A stretch of DNA of 64,000 bases from Candidatus Latescibacterota bacterium (GTDB lineage: Bacteria; Latescibacterota; UBA2968; UBA8231): the NCBI GenBank assembly GCA_965215195.1, contig CBDCDC010000002.1, forward strand, positions 2,144,001 through 2,208,000. Reading direction: 5' to 3'. Positions 9,434 through 21,259 of this stretch are shown one piece after another. Position 1 is the stretch's first letter; each line of letters begins with the position of its first letter. The position numbers and the translations under genes were made by a program. The notes below the pieces were generated by a model. That model was not told the DNA's origin. It was given only the letters and a program-made list of their open reading frames with translations, and did no database searches.

Positions 9434-11611
9434 TTACGGCAGCTTCGTCGTCTTTTTCGCTTCCACCCGCCCATCCACTTCGACCTGATAGACATACACC
9501 CCGGCGGCCACCGCCTTGCCCGCCGCGTCGCGGCCATCCCACACAAACCGATGACTCCCCGCCCCCAACGGCCCCTGCCACACCTGCCGCACCCGACGAC
9601 CCAACACATCGTACACCGTCAGCGACACTCCCGCCGCGTCCGTTGCCAAGTCGAGGGGGATCACGACCGCCGGATTAAACGGATTGGGATAGCTGTCGCC
9701 CAGCCGATACTGCGCCGGCCGCCCGGCTGCGGTCGTCATCACCGCGGTCGCCTGCTCGCCCAACGAACTCTTGAGCAGATGCACCCCGCCCAAGATCGGA
9801 TCTAACACGACCAAATCGAGATCGCCATCGTTATCCATATCCCCGGACAGCACGTATCGCCCAGTACCCTCCAGACGATGCTTCTCTCCTTCTTGGGTAG
9901 GGTTGACACGCCCGCCCCATTCGACAAACACTCCAAAGCCCGAAGCGCGGTCTCCACCGATAAACACCCAGTCGTCCACCCCATCGGCGTTCAGATCGCG
10001 CATCAGCACCGGCGAGCGACGCAACAGCCGATCATCATACAGCACCTCCGCTTCTAAGCGGTCCCCGACGCTCTTCCGCTGCAAGACCAGCCCCTTGCTC
10101 CCTTCTATACCGACTGTGAGCTCGGTGAACAAATCCACCTGCCCATCGCCGTCAAAGGATGTGAGCTCGGTGAGGAAATCCACCTGCCCATCGCCATCAA
10201 AATCGCCCACCCCTAACAGCTTCACTCTCTCATCGAATTCAAAGATCTCGCCGCTCGGAACCTCGCCCAAGGCCCCCACAATCCACGTGCTCGCCCGCCC
10301 GGGGATCAGCCTCCACAACGCGTCAAGGACCCCATCGCCGGTAAAGTCGCCGATATGAGGGGGGGTATAGTCTTGGACTGCGGCTACCTCCTCAGAAGTC
10401 CACACGCCCTGTTCTACATCCCACACCGCTAACGTGCTAAAGAACGTCGCCGTACCCGCAATCGCCTCCTCGCGAGAGCCTTCAAACGTAGTCCTCCCGA
10501 CAAACAACTCAACCCGGCCATCGCCATCCCAATCCGCCACACTATGGATCGATCGGTCGATCTGCGCGAGCACCTCAACTTGGAGATCCGGCCCGATAGA
10601 CCACACTTCGGTCGAGGGCTCCCGGTTGCTTCTTGATAGCGCGATTTCGTCTTGCCCATCGCCCGTCAAATCAGCACCAAGCACCTTTAAGACCCCCCCT
10701 AAGACCCCCACTTCTTCTATAACAGGCCCGCGTTCCAAGGCCCCTCGTCCGTCATTGACGGCCATCAGCCAACCCGCTTTAGACTCACGCCCCTGCGGTA
10801 TTTCCGTTTCCGTTTTCCAGAGACCAAACAGGTCTAAGTCGCCATCGCCATCCAAGTCCGTCAACACGCCGCCCCCCCTATCCCCTAGATACCTATTCCC
10901 TCCAATAGGTGCTTCCCCTATCCCCGGCGCAATCGGATAGAACGCCGGCGGGGCAAAAAGGCCGGCTCCAGCAAAGCCAAAGTAAGACTCTACGGATGGC
11001 GGCGGCCGTTCCCCCTCAAGCATCTCTTCCACGCCGGTCAACTCGATCCAGTCAATCTCAAACGACTCGACCACCCTAGGCGCGGTATCCTTACCAAAAT
11101 CCAGTACAAAACCTAGCCGCATATTTTTTAACAGGCCCTCCCATCTGCTGTGACCCGCCAAGGACAGCACCATTTCCTGCCACTCGGTGGTATAGACTAG
11201 TTGTTTTATGGTGTTTTCTTCTGTATCAAGATCAGTAGCAATATTAAGATAAAAACCTGAAGCGTTCTCCCACTCAATGGAAAAAACACCTTCTGTCGGG
11301 CGGTCATGGATGGTGCGGAACCGGACGCGGACTTGATCGAACAGACCCGAATCGTACCCGATGGTCGAAGAAACCACCTCGACACCCGGACTGGAGGCGT
11401 ACAAACTATTAGTGACGGCGGGATCGACCCGGATCCGCCACACGCCGTCTTCAACCACCCCCGGAAACTGGTGAAATTCACGCGTACCACCCCATATAAG
11501 AGCTTCTTTAGTGGTCCACCCTTGCGTCGTCCCATCGTCGAAATCCCACCGGATCGCCTCGGCGGAACCGCTCCATAGCACAACGCCTGCAACAACGGCG
11601 AACCTCAGCAT
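9434..11611 (-). CDS. FG-GAP/FlgD-CTD secreted protein, paralog 3
   Basis: 725 aa; same framework motifs as paralog 1. Confidence 0.85.
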   Translation of the reverse strand: MLRFAVVAGVVLWSGSAEAIRWDFDDGTTQGWTTKEALIWGGTREFHQFPGVVEDGVWRIRVDPAVTNSLYASSPGVEVVSSTIGYDSGLFDQVRVRFRTIHDRPTEGVFSIEWENASGFYLNIATDLDTEENTIKQLVYTTEWQEMVLSLAGHSRWEGLLKNMRLGFVLDFGKDTAPRVVESFEIDWIELTGVEEMLEGERPPPSVESYFGFAGAGLFAPPAFYPIAPGIGEAPIGGNRYLGDRGGGVLTDLDGDGDLDLFGLWKTETEIPQGRESKAGWLMAVNDGRGALERGPVIEEVGVLGGVLKVLGADLTGDGQDEIALSRSNREPSTEVWSIGPDLQVEVLAQIDRSIHSVADWDGDGRVELFVGRTTFEGSREEAIAGTATFFSTLAVWDVEQGVWTSEEVAAVQDYTPPHIGDFTGDGVLDALWRLIPGRASTWIVGALGEVPSGEIFEFDERVKLLGVGDFDGDGQVDFLTELTSFDGDGQVDLFTELTVGIEGSKGLVLQRKSVGDRLEAEVLYDDRLLRRSPVLMRDLNADGVDDWVFIGGDRASGFGVFVEWGGRVNPTQEGEKHRLEGTGRYVLSGDMDNDGDLDLVVLDPILGGVHLLKSSLGEQATAVMTTAAGRPAQYRLGDSYPNPFNPAVVIPLDLATDAAGVSLTVYDVLGRRVRQVWQGPLGAGSHRFVWDGRDAAGKAVAAGVYVYQVEVDGRVEAKKTTKLP

Positions 11612-11623
11612 GATACCACCTCC

Positions 11624-13795
11624 TCACGGCAGCTTCGTCGTCTTTTTCGCTTCCACCTGCCCATCCACTTCGACCTTATAGACATACACCCCAGCGGCCA
11701 CGTCTCTGCCCACCGCGTCGCGACCATCCCACACAAACCGATGACTGCCCGCCGCCAGCGGCCCCCGCCACACCTGCCGCACCCGACGACCCAACACGTC
11801 GTACACCGTCAGCGACACCTCTGCCGCGTCCGTCGCCAAATCGAGGGGCAGCACCACCGCCGGATTGAACGGATTGGGATAGCTGTCGCCCAGCCGATGT
11901 TGCACCGGCCGCGCTGCCGCTGGCGTCATCACCGCCGTCGCCTGCTCGCCCAGCGAACTCTTGAGCAGATGCACTCCACCCAAGATCGGATCCAACACCA
12001 CCAAGTCGAGATCGCCGTCGCCATCCATATCCCCGCAGAGCACGTATCGCCCAGTACCCTCCAGCCGATGCCGCTCCCCGGCTTGAGTAGGATTGACACG
12101 CCCGCCCCATTCGACAAACACCCCAAAGCCTGAGACGCGATCCCCACCGATAAACACCCAGTCGTCCACCCCATCGGCGTTGAGGTCGCGCACCAGCACC
12201 GGCGAGCGCCGCAACAGCCGATCATCATACAGCACCTCCGCTTCGAGGCGGTCCCCGACGCTCTTCCGCTGCAAGACCAGCCCCTTGCTCCCTTCGATTA
12301 GATGTGGATCTGATATGAACTCCGTGAGGAAATCCACCTGCCCATCGCCGTCAAAATCGCCCACCTCTAACAGCTTCGGCTCCCCCCCTTCATCGAACTC
12401 AAACAGCTCGCCGCTCTGCAACTCCCCACCCAAGGCCCCCACAATCCACCTATCATTCGCCCACCTTCCGAGCGACTTCCATAACACGTCTAAGGTCCCA
12501 TCCCCAGTAAAGTCGCCGATGTGACGGGGCGTATAGTCTTTGGAAGCCGCCACCTCCTCGGCGGTCCACATGCCCTGTTTGACCTCCCAGACCACTAACG
12601 TGCTTGAAAGCTCCGCCGTACCCGCGATCATGTCCTCGAAAGAGCCTTCATGCGTAACCCCCCCGACAAATAATTCGACCCGGCCATCACCATCCCAATC
12701 CGCCACACTATGGACCGCTTTATCGATCTGCACGAGTACCTCGACTTGGAGGTCCGGCCCGATAGACCAAATCTCCGTCAAGTGGTGGCCTCTTGATATT
12801 GCGATCTCGTCTTTACCATCGCCGGTCAAATCAGCACCCATCACCGATAAAACCACCCCTGGGACGATCGTCCTGCCAGTTTCCGAATCTGTACTAGACC
12901 CCTCTGGGGGAGCTACCACCTCTAGGCGTCTCAGTTCCAAGGCCCCGCGCCCGTCATTGAGGGCCATCAGCCAGCCCACCACGTCAGCCCGCCCCAACTC
13001 GTCTGTGTCTGGAGCGTACTCCCAGAGGCCAAAAAGGTCTAAGTCGCTATCGCCATCCAAGTCCGTCAACACGTGGCCCCCGACCTCCCCTAGATACCCT
13101 GCTCTACGAGTTTCCCCGATCCCCGGCGCAATCGGATAGAACACCGGCCGGGCAAAAAGGCCGGCCCCAGCAAAGCTGAAGTAGTACTCTACCGGCGGCG
13201 GCGGCCGTTCCCCCGCTATCATCTCTTCCACGCCGGTCAACTCGATCCAGTCGATCTCAAACCACTCAACCATCTCGGTATCCAAATCAAAACCGAGTAC
13301 AAAACCGAGCTGAATGTTTTTTAACAGGCCCTCCCAGCCGTCTTGACCCGTCAAGGAGAACCCCACTTCCTGCCATTTGGTGGTATAGATTATTTTTTGG
13401 GGGAACACTTTAAATAAATTTTCTGGATCATCGGGATCGAAATAGGAAGAGTTTTCCCAATTGATCACAAAATTACCATACGTAGGGCGGTCATGGACGG
13501 TACGGAACCGAATGCGGACGTGGTCGAACAGAGCCGAATCGTACCCGATGGGAGAAGAAACCACTTCGACACTCGGCATGGAATGACGACTTTTGGTGAC
13601 GGAGGGAGAGACTGTGATCCGCCACACACCGTCTTCGACCACCCCCGGAAACTGGTGAAATTCACGCGTACCTCCCCATATAGTAGCTTCTTTAGCGGTC
13701 CACCCTTGCGTCGTCCCATCGTCGAAATCCCACTTGATCGCCTCGGCGGGGACGCTCCATAGCACAACGCCTGCAACAACGGCGAACCTCAGCAT
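11624..13795 (-). CDS. FG-GAP/FlgD-CTD secreted protein, paralog 4
   Basis: 723 aa; same framework. Confidence 0.85.
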   Translation of the reverse strand: MLRFAVVAGVVLWSVPAEAIKWDFDDGTTQGWTAKEATIWGGTREFHQFPGVVEDGVWRITVSPSVTKSRHSMPSVEVVSSPIGYDSALFDHVRIRFRTVHDRPTYGNFVINWENSSYFDPDDPENLFKVFPQKIIYTTKWQEVGFSLTGQDGWEGLLKNIQLGFVLGFDLDTEMVEWFEIDWIELTGVEEMIAGERPPPPVEYYFSFAGAGLFARPVFYPIAPGIGETRRAGYLGEVGGHVLTDLDGDSDLDLFGLWEYAPDTDELGRADVVGWLMALNDGRGALELRRLEVVAPPEGSSTDSETGRTIVPGVVLSVMGADLTGDGKDEIAISRGHHLTEIWSIGPDLQVEVLVQIDKAVHSVADWDGDGRVELFVGGVTHEGSFEDMIAGTAELSSTLVVWEVKQGMWTAEEVAASKDYTPRHIGDFTGDGTLDVLWKSLGRWANDRWIVGALGGELQSGELFEFDEGGEPKLLEVGDFDGDGQVDFLTEFISDPHLIEGSKGLVLQRKSVGDRLEAEVLYDDRLLRRSPVLVRDLNADGVDDWVFIGGDRVSGFGVFVEWGGRVNPTQAGERHRLEGTGRYVLCGDMDGDGDLDLVVLDPILGGVHLLKSSLGEQATAVMTPAAARPVQHRLGDSYPNPFNPAVVLPLDLATDAAEVSLTVYDVLGRRVRQVWRGPLAAGSHRFVWDGRDAVGRDVAAGVYVYKVEVDGQVEAKKTTKLP

Positions 13796-13807
13796 GATAC
13801 CACCTCC

Positions 13808-16015
13808 TCAAGGCAGCTTCGTCGTCTTCTTCGCTTCCACTCGCCCATCCACTTCGACCCGATAGACATACACCCCAGCGGCCACGTCTCTGCCCGCCGC
13901 GTCGCGGCCATCCCACACGAACCGATGGCTCCCCGCGCGCAGCGGCCCCTGCCACACCGGCCGCACCCGACGACCTAACACGTCGTACACCGTCAGCGAC
14001 ACCCCGGCCGCGTCCGTCGCCAAGTCGAGGGGCAGCACCACCGCCGGATTAAACGGATTGGGATAGCTGTCGCCCAGCCAATGTCGCGCCGGCCGCGCTG
14101 CCGCTGGCGTCATCACCGCGGTCCTCTGCTCGTCCAGCGAACTCTTGAGCAGATGCACTCCACCCAAGATCGGATCCAACACCACCAAATCGAGATCGCC
14201 GTCGCCATCCATATCCCCGCAGAGCACGTCTCGCCCTGTGCCCGCCAGCCGATGCCGCTCTCCTCCTTGGGTCGGGTTGACACGCCCACCCCATTCGACG
14301 AACACCCCAAAGCCCGAAACGCGGTCCCCGCCGATAAACACCCAGTCGTCCACCCCATCGGCATTCAGATCGCGCACCACCAACGGCGAGCGTCGCAACA
14401 GCCGATCATCATACAGCACCTCCGCTTCTAAGCGGTCCCCGGTCCCCTTTCTCTGCAAGACGATCCCCTTGCTCCCTTCGATCAGATCAGATGCGAACTC
14501 GGTGAGGAAATCCACCTGTCCATCGCCGTCAAAATCGCCCACCCCTAACGGCTTCATCCCTTCGTCGAATTCAAAGGGCTCGCCGCTCGGAAACGCCGCG
14601 GTCTCGCTTGTCTGCAACGCCTTGCTCAAGTCCCCCACAATCCACCCTTTCGCCAGATCTCGGATCGGCGTCCAGAACACGTCTAAGGTCCCATCGCCGG
14701 TAAAGTCGCCGATATGAAGGGGCACATAGTCTTTGGAAGCCGCCATCTCCTCAGAAGTCCACACGCCCTGTTCGACCTCCCACATCGCTAACGTGCTTGA
14801 AAGCACCGCCGTACCCGCGATCATCTCCTCTAAAGTGCCTTCATACCTAGCCCCCCCGACAAATAATTCGACCCGGCCATCGCCATCCCAATCCGCCACA
14901 CTATGGACCGCTTTATCGATCTGCACGAGCACCTCGATTTGGAGATCCGCATCGATAGACCATACTTCGGTCGTGGGCTCCCGGTTGCTTCTTGATAGCG
15001 CGATCTCGTCTTGACCATCGCCGGTAAAATCAGCACTCATCGCCTCTAATCTCAACCGTGGGATGATAGCGGTACTACTCTCTGTGGGGGCTACTTCCTC
15101 TATGATAGGTCCCCGTTCCAAGGCCCCGCGCCCGTCATTGACGGCCATCAGCCAGCCACTTTTAGGCTCAAGCCCACGTTTCGTGCGCGTGTACGTATCC
15201 CAGAGGCCGAAAAGATCCAAGTCGCCATCGCCATCCAAATCCGTCAACGTGCTGCCCTCCCGCTCCCCTAGATACCCTCCGCCGAATCCTGCGGCGGCGG
15301 CTTCCCCTAAGCCCGGCGCAATCGGATAGAACACCGGCGGCGCAAACAGGCCAGTCGACTCAAAGCCAAAGTAGTACTCGACCAGCGGCGGCCGTTCTCC
15401 CTGGAGCATCTCCTCCACGCCGGTCAACTCGATCCAGTCGATCTCAAACCACTCGACAACCCCAGACTCGGTCGCCGGATCAATACCCAGATAAAAATCT
15501 AGCCGAATATTTTTTAACTGGCCTTCCCATCTCCTATGATCAGCCAAGGAGACCACCATTTCCTGCCACTCGGTGGTATAGACTATTCGTTGGATGAGCA
15601 TTTCTTCTGAATCAGTATCATCATCAAGATTAGAATAAAAACCTGAAGCGTTTTCCCACTCGATCCAAAGAGAACCCTCCGTAGGGCGATCATGGACGGT
15701 GCGAAACCGGATGCGGATGTGGTCGAACAAGCTCGAATCGTACCCGATGGTCGAAGAAACCAATCCGACACTCGAATTAGAGGACAAACTCTTGGTGACG
15801 GCGGGAGAGACCGCGATTCGCCACACGCCGTCTTCAACTACCCCTAAGAACTGGTTAAACTCACGCGTACGACCCCTTGTATTCGTTTCTTTGGTGGTCC
15901 ATCCCTGCGTCGTCCCATCGTCGAAATCCCACTTGATCGCCTCGGCGGGATCGCCCCATAGCACCACGCATACAATAACGGCTAGCTTCAACATGAGACC
16001 ACATCTCCTGTCCAA
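13808..16015 (-). CDS. FG-GAP/FlgD-CTD secreted protein, paralog 5
   Basis: 735 aa ORF (true start may be the internal MLKLAV); its 5' end is near-identical to that of 38862-41066. Confidence 0.85.
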   Translation of the reverse strand: MDRRCGLMLKLAVIVCVVLWGDPAEAIKWDFDDGTTQGWTTKETNTRGRTREFNQFLGVVEDGVWRIAVSPAVTKSLSSNSSVGLVSSTIGYDSSLFDHIRIRFRTVHDRPTEGSLWIEWENASGFYSNLDDDTDSEEMLIQRIVYTTEWQEMVVSLADHRRWEGQLKNIRLDFYLGIDPATESGVVEWFEIDWIELTGVEEMLQGERPPLVEYYFGFESTGLFAPPVFYPIAPGLGEAAAAGFGGGYLGEREGSTLTDLDGDGDLDLFGLWDTYTRTKRGLEPKSGWLMAVNDGRGALERGPIIEEVAPTESSTAIIPRLRLEAMSADFTGDGQDEIALSRSNREPTTEVWSIDADLQIEVLVQIDKAVHSVADWDGDGRVELFVGGARYEGTLEEMIAGTAVLSSTLAMWEVEQGVWTSEEMAASKDYVPLHIGDFTGDGTLDVFWTPIRDLAKGWIVGDLSKALQTSETAAFPSGEPFEFDEGMKPLGVGDFDGDGQVDFLTEFASDLIEGSKGIVLQRKGTGDRLEAEVLYDDRLLRRSPLVVRDLNADGVDDWVFIGGDRVSGFGVFVEWGGRVNPTQGGERHRLAGTGRDVLCGDMDGDGDLDLVVLDPILGGVHLLKSSLDEQRTAVMTPAAARPARHWLGDSYPNPFNPAVVLPLDLATDAAGVSLTVYDVLGRRVRPVWQGPLRAGSHRFVWDGRDAAGRDVAAGVYVYRVEVDGRVEAKKTTKLP

Positions 16016-16109
16016 CAGGTAAAATTCCGACCGACCGCGTACTATCCGTGCAGAAAAAAAAGAGCACCGGCTTAATCACTGACGTTACGCAGTTTTCCAG
16101 AAAATGCTG

Positions 16110-16225
16110 CCTTTCGTCCAAAAAGAGGGTGCCGCCATCAGCCAGTTCAAAGCACCCGATCTGGCGGGTCGTTGCGCTGGTAAAAGCCCCTTTCTTGTGG
16201 CCGAACAATTCGCTCTCGAATGTAA
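16110..16225 (-). pseudogene. Fragment of a sigma54-activator AAA+ domain
   Basis: Translates [36 protein letters not shown], homologous to the same segment of 42088-45252; abuts a truncated MITE end at 16079-16105. Confidence 0.8.
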
Positions 16226-16228
16226 ACC

Positions 16229-17578
16229 TCACTCCGCATCAACTAATTGCCGTGCCAGCGATCCCTCCCGCGTCAGGGCGTACACCAAGAGATTCACCCC
16301 TAAATTATACACCAACGGCTCCTCGGCACCGGCCAGAATCGAGTGGTTGCTCGCGCCATACCTCAAAGACCAATTCATCATCTCCTGACCGATACCCGCC
16401 CAAAAATCCGCATAGCCGCGCATCGAATACACTCCCACCAACTGATCCCCAACGACGATGCCCTCCAAATAGTCCGGGGTACGGGGCGGGTAGTCTTGTC
16501 CGCCATTTACAAAGTGCATATCGCGGGCCCCCCGCGGCAGGCTGTTTATATCGTAGAAGCAGTGATAGAGCGGATGGCTTAGCTCCAGCCGGGTGAACCG
16601 CCAGTCCTTCCATTCTTGATAGCCCACCGCTTGCAAGCTGGCGCGAATGAGCGAACGCACCGTCGGCAGGTCTAATTCGGCGTCGCTGTAATCAGGCCGC
16701 AAGGGGCGGAGAATATCCACATACAGGAAGCCGCCGCCGGTCAAATACCCCCCTAAATTGGCCGCCTCGCTGTCGGTAAACTCAAAGGGGAGGTTGACGG
16801 TCAGCAGTACGAAAGGCACCTGCAAAAGCTGGGGATCATCCAGCGGAACCGCGTCGCGTACCTCAACGTGAACCTGCGTCTTGGCGATCATCTCATCGGC
16901 CAACCCTTGCAGCATCCGCCGCTCAACCATTTGGTGCGGCATCTGGTGATACCACCAGCGCACTTGCATATTTCTGGCCAGTCTGCTGTTTTCAGCTTGG
17001 TTGATGGACGGGCTGTAGAGGCCGGACATATAGAGGAACCCCTTGAGCTTGCGCCGGTCTTGGGGATCGACGACCACCATCGCCCGGTGCTGGCCGGTGT
17101 CCATCGCCTGCACATCCATCAGCTCCAACGCCAAGTCAATCTCATCGGCCCCTTGCCGCGTCCCTTCCAACGCCCCAGCCTGCATCTGCGGACCAATGTG
17201 CCGAGCGGGGAAGTCCGGCACGGGCAGCACCAGCCGATCCGGCAGCGATGCCGACGGCAGCCGCAGAGCCGATGTTTTGAACACCGGCAGGGGACGCGAT
17301 GCCGAGGGGGCCGGCCGCATCGCTACGACCGGAGCCGCTTGCAGGGCGGCGCGGCGCACCAACGGACGCTGTTGGGGCCGCTGCCGCCGGGCGAGGGTGC
17401 GTGGCAGCGGGCGCTTCTTGGTAAACTTCACCATGATCGGCGGTTGCACGGGAAAGTGAGTGACCCGCTCATGGCGTGGGAGTCCGAAGATCACCAGCAG
17501 ATGCAAGGCCAGCGACAAGGCCAAGCAGCTTTGCAGCTTTCTATTTCTTTGGAATGGGACTTTCCACGGCCGTTTCAT
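16229..17578 (-). CDS. DUF4159-domain protein (copy 2)
   Basis: 449 aa; paralog of 396-1742; start overlaps the GT2 stop (ATGA). Confidence 0.8.
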   Translation of the reverse strand: MKRPWKVPFQRNRKLQSCLALSLALHLLVIFGLPRHERVTHFPVQPPIMVKFTKKRPLPRTLARRQRPQQRPLVRRAALQAAPVVAMRPAPSASRPLPVFKTSALRLPSASLPDRLVLPVPDFPARHIGPQMQAGALEGTRQGADEIDLALELMDVQAMDTGQHRAMVVVDPQDRRKLKGFLYMSGLYSPSINQAENSRLARNMQVRWWYHQMPHQMVERRMLQGLADEMIAKTQVHVEVRDAVPLDDPQLLQVPFVLLTVNLPFEFTDSEAANLGGYLTGGGFLYVDILRPLRPDYSDAELDLPTVRSLIRASLQAVGYQEWKDWRFTRLELSHPLYHCFYDINSLPRGARDMHFVNGGQDYPPRTPDYLEGIVVGDQLVGVYSMRGYADFWAGIGQEMMNWSLRYGASNHSILAGAEEPLVYNLGVNLLVYALTREGSLARQLVDAE

Positions 17579-18651
17579 CGGCTCCCGTCCTTTCGCAAAG
17601 GATGGAGATCGAGCATTAACGTCCGCTCCGCCATTTCTTCGCTCGAAATGGTCTGATGCGTTTCGTGAAACGCCATCAGGCTAGGGAGGCGCATCTCCTC
17701 TGGAATCAGGCGGTCCGGCCATATAGAGGCAAACCAAAATTCAATCAGGTATAGTCGCGGATCCTCGTTCTTCTCCACCATGTGGGCGATAGCCCTACGC
17801 CGTTTTTGCGATTCTGCGAACGCATTTTGGGGGCTAAAAAAATCGTGATGATGATACAGGTGATAGCTCTGCGCCTTGGTGGCAAAGCGCATGTTGCAGC
17901 CATTCCGCATGAGGCGATAGGCCAAATCCCATCCTTCAGAATGGAGCATCTCTTCGTCAAACCCACCGACCTCCTCAAGAGCAACACGCGGAGCCGAAGC
18001 ATTGTGCGGATAAAAACTGATCCAACCGATCGGCGAATCAGGCACTTGGTTAAAGAGCAGTTGTACTTGGTCTTGCATTAGTTTTAATTCTGGGAAGGGA
18101 TATCCTCCCTCTTCGGCTAGTGGATCAATCGCGCCGAAATCAGACTGTACCATGGTCTCTGACACCCGAAATTCGTCTGGGTGCGTCCGCATAATCTGAG
18201 CAACCGAGGCCGGAACGTCCTCCCAAGGAAGGCCACTGTGCGGGTCTTGGACGTATTCCAAGCGGGGCAAGCAATACTGGAACCCGCTCGTTACGCCGGT
18301 GTAGCGCTGAAATAGGTGCCAATGTTGGGCTAACCAATCGGGACCCGGTAGCGCGTCGCCATCCAAGAAAGCAACTATGTCTCCCCGCGCTTCCGCTATA
18401 CCGATATTCCGCGCTCGACAGCGTCCGACATTCGTATGCAAGGGAATGACTTTTATGGGCATGTGCTCATACTCACGCAGAAAGTCCCCTGTTCCGTCCG
18501 TGCTGCCATCGTCCACCACGATAACCTCAAACGGGCCGGAGAATGTCTGAACAGCCAAGCCGCTTAAAACAAGCCGCAACCGATCGCGCTGATTGTGTGC
18601 GGCGATGACGACAGAAATATCCATTGAACTAGCTCCCTTATATACATTCAA
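17575..18651 (-). CDS. Glycosyltransferase family 2 (copy 2)
   Basis: ISVVIAAHN, EVIVVDDGSTDGT, ARNIG, FLDGD, VGGFDE motifs. Confidence 0.9.
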   Translation of the reverse strand: MNVYKGASSMDISVVIAAHNQRDRLRLVLSGLAVQTFSGPFEVIVVDDGSTDGTGDFLREYEHMPIKVIPLHTNVGRCRARNIGIAEARGDIVAFLDGDALPGPDWLAQHWHLFQRYTGVTSGFQYCLPRLEYVQDPHSGLPWEDVPASVAQIMRTHPDEFRVSETMVQSDFGAIDPLAEEGGYPFPELKLMQDQVQLLFNQVPDSPIGWISFYPHNASAPRVALEEVGGFDEEMLHSEGWDLAYRLMRNGCNMRFATKAQSYHLYHHHDFFSPQNAFAESQKRRRAIAHMVEKNEDPRLYLIEFWFASIWPDRLIPEEMRLPSLMAFHETHQTISSEEMAERTLMLDLHPLRKDGSR

Positions 18652-18831
18652 AAATTAAGCGGCACTCTTCTCTCAGAGAGTCCGGTCGATGAATGTGGGG
18701 AAGCCCACTATCCGTCTCTTCATACACCATGGCTTGTGGCACTTCCTTGACAGCGTTGGAGCATACAATGTGGAAGCAGTCCAAGTGGCCAAAGAAAAAG
18801 TCAAAAATAATGGATGCTTAGGCTATCCCAT
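18638..18831 (-). pseudogene. Deletion scar: first codons of the FMN-binding gene fused to the 3' end of the GT-transglutaminase gene
   Basis: ATG GGA TAG CCT AAG CAT CCA (cf. MGQPKHP at 37880), followed by FDFFFGHLDCFHIVCSN...RLIFECI*, matching the end of 30089-32563. Confidence 0.85.
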
Positions 18832-18877
18832 GCCGTCTTATCCTCGTTCGAGTCAAATAGCTCAAAAGAATGTCCTC

Positions 18878-21004
18878 TTACGGCAGCTTGGTCGTCTTTT
18901 TTGTTTGCACCTGTCCGTCGATGTCGACCCGATAGACATACACCCCGGCGGCCACGTCTTTGCCCGCCGCGTCGCGGCCATCCCATACAAACCGATGACT
19001 CCCCGCCCCCAGCGGACCGTCCCATACCTGCCGCACCCGACGACCCAACACATCGTACACCGTCAGCGACACCTCCGCCGCGTCCTTTGCCAAATCAAGG
19101 GGCAGCACCACCGCTGGATTAAACGGATTGGGATAGCTGTCGCCCAGCCGATGTTGCACCGGCCGCGCTGCCGCAGGCGTCATCACCGCCGTCGCCTGCT
19201 CGTCCAGCGAATTCTTGAGCAGATGCACTCCACCCAAGATCGGATCTAACACGACCAAATCGAGATCGCCGTCGCCATCCATATCCCCCGACAGCACGTG
19301 GCTCCCACTGCCCTCCAAACGATGCCGCTCCCCGGCTTGAGTCGGGTTGACACTCCCTCCCCATTCGACAAACACCCCAAAGCCCGAAGCCCGGTCTCCG
19401 CCGATAAACACCCAGTCGTCCACCCCATCGGCGTTGAGGTCGCGCACCACCAACGGCGAGCGCAGAAACAGCCGATCATCATACAGCACCGCCGCTCCTA
19501 CGCGGTCCCCGGCCTTCTTGCTATACAAGGCTAGCCCTTTGCTCCCTTCGATTTGGTTATATATGAACTCGGTGAGAAAATCCACCTGTCCATCGCCATC
19601 AAAGTCGCCCACCCCTAACAGCCACCGCTTCCATTCATTGAATTCAAACATCTCGTTTCTCGGAAGGTCCTCGCCCAAGACGCCCACAGCCCACGTGTTC
19701 GCCCGCCCGAATATCGGCGTCCACACCACGTCGAGGATCCCATCGCCGGTAAAGTCGCCGATGGCGCGGGGCACATGGCGTTCGGCCGCTGCCACCTCCT
19801 CGGAGCTCCACACGCCCTGTTCGACATCCCAGACCGCTAACGTGCTTCCTTCTTCCAACGAAGACACTCCGACAAATAGTTCGACCCGGCCGTCGCCATC
19901 CCAATCCGCCACATCTCTGAGCCATCGGTTCTCAATCTGCACGAGCACCTCGACTTGAAGTTCCGGATCAATAGACCACACTTCTATCACCGTCTCAGCA
20001 CTGCTTACATACATCACGATTTCGTCTTGCCCATCGCCCGTCAAATCAGCCCCCATCGCCTCTAAGGTCACTGTTGGTCTAGTTGTGGCAACTACCTCCT
20101 CTATGCGCCCCAGTTCCAAGGTCCCGTGCCCGTCATTGAGGGCCACCAGCCAGCCCGCTATAGGCCCCCACACCTCCCTTTTTTGCAGGTGCTCATAGAG
20201 AGCGAACAGGTCTAAGTCGCCATCGCCCTCCAAGTCCGTCAACACGCCGGACCCAGCACTGGAGCGGATCCCTAAACCCGGGCTAATCGGATAGAACACC
20301 GGCGGCGCAAAAAGCCCGGCCCCCGCAAAGCCAAAGTACGCTACGTGCGGCGGGGGCAGTTCCCCCTCTAACAACTCTTCCACCCCGGTCAACTCGATCC
20401 AGTCCACCTCAAACCACCCCACCTCCTCGCCCGCCACCGGGGTTTCCTCTCGATCCAGTCCAAAATTGAGCTGAATATCTTTTAACAGGCCGTCCCATAT
20501 CTTCTCGTCTTGATCGGCCAAGGAGATCGTTACTTCCTGCCACTCGGTGGTATAGACTATGTCTTGGGAGAGAATGCCAAACCGGCTTCCAGACGGCGGC
20601 TCTTCGGGATCCCAACCGGAAGACAGGGCGTTGTGTTCATTGGTCCACTCCATCGAAAAAACGCCGACCGTAGGGCGATCATGGACGGTGCGGCAGCGGA
20701 TGCGGACGTGGTCGAACAGAGCCGAATCGTATCCAATGATCGAAGAAATCAATTCGACACTCGGCGTGAGATAATGACTTTTGACGACCGAGGGTGCAAC
20801 CGTGATCCGCCACACGCCGTCTTCGACCACACTTGGGAACAGGTATGCTTCACGCGGACCACCCCATATATAAGCTTCTTTGGCTGCCCACCCTTGCGTC
20901 GTCCCATCGTCGAAATCCCACTTGATCGCCTCGGCGGGGACGCTCCACAGCACAAGCCATACAACAACGGCGAATAGCAACATGAGATCACAGTTCCTTT
21001 CCAA
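18878..21004 (-). CDS. FG-GAP/FlgD-CTD secreted protein, paralog 6
   Basis: 708 aa; N-domain closest to paralog 1 (NEHNA.SSGWDPE.PPSGSRFGIL). Confidence 0.85.
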   Translation of the reverse strand: MERNCDLMLLFAVVVWLVLWSVPAEAIKWDFDDGTTQGWAAKEAYIWGGPREAYLFPSVVEDGVWRITVAPSVVKSHYLTPSVELISSIIGYDSALFDHVRIRCRTVHDRPTVGVFSMEWTNEHNALSSGWDPEEPPSGSRFGILSQDIVYTTEWQEVTISLADQDEKIWDGLLKDIQLNFGLDREETPVAGEEVGWFEVDWIELTGVEELLEGELPPPHVAYFGFAGAGLFAPPVFYPISPGLGIRSSAGSGVLTDLEGDGDLDLFALYEHLQKREVWGPIAGWLVALNDGHGTLELGRIEEVVATTRPTVTLEAMGADLTGDGQDEIVMYVSSAETVIEVWSIDPELQVEVLVQIENRWLRDVADWDGDGRVELFVGVSSLEEGSTLAVWDVEQGVWSSEEVAAAERHVPRAIGDFTGDGILDVVWTPIFGRANTWAVGVLGEDLPRNEMFEFNEWKRWLLGVGDFDGDGQVDFLTEFIYNQIEGSKGLALYSKKAGDRVGAAVLYDDRLFLRSPLVVRDLNADGVDDWVFIGGDRASGFGVFVEWGGSVNPTQAGERHRLEGSGSHVLSGDMDGDGDLDLVVLDPILGGVHLLKNSLDEQATAVMTPAAARPVQHRLGDSYPNPFNPAVVLPLDLAKDAAEVSLTVYDVLGRRVRQVWDGPLGAGSHRFVWDGRDAAGKDVAAGVYVYRVDIDGQVQTKKTTKLP

Positions 21005-21047
21005 CAGGTAAAATTCCGACCAGACCGTGTACTATCCGTGAAGTACG

Positions 21048-21094
21048 AAAGGAAAAGAGGGCCGGCTTAATCGCTATGATTAAACCGGCCTCTT
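21048..21094 (-). terminator. Intrinsic terminator/attenuator hairpin after the short Cys-rich gene
   Basis: Minus strand GAGGCCGGTTTAATC-ATAGC-GATTAAGCCGGCCCTC then TTTTCCTTT; related hairpins at about 41110-41260 (MITE-split) and 49241-49286. Confidence 0.65.
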
Positions 21095-21102
21095 ACACCT
21101 TA

Positions 21103-21247
21103 GAAGCTGTCTGAAAACCCCCGTCAGGCAACCTCAAGGGGCGTCAAGTGGCCTTCGCATCAAGCGTTTTTCATAGGGCGAGACGCTCTTGATCCTAGGC
21201 CTTTTTCTTCGCGCAAAGGACAGCACCCGGAGTTTTCAGACAGCTTC
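21103..21247. mobile_element. 145-bp MITE
   Basis: 16-bp perfect TIR GAAGCTGTCTGAAAAC / GTTTTCAGACAGCTTC flanked by a TTA duplication; absent at the paralogous site near 41265. Confidence 0.85.
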
Positions 21248-21259
21248 TTAGAACGGTTC

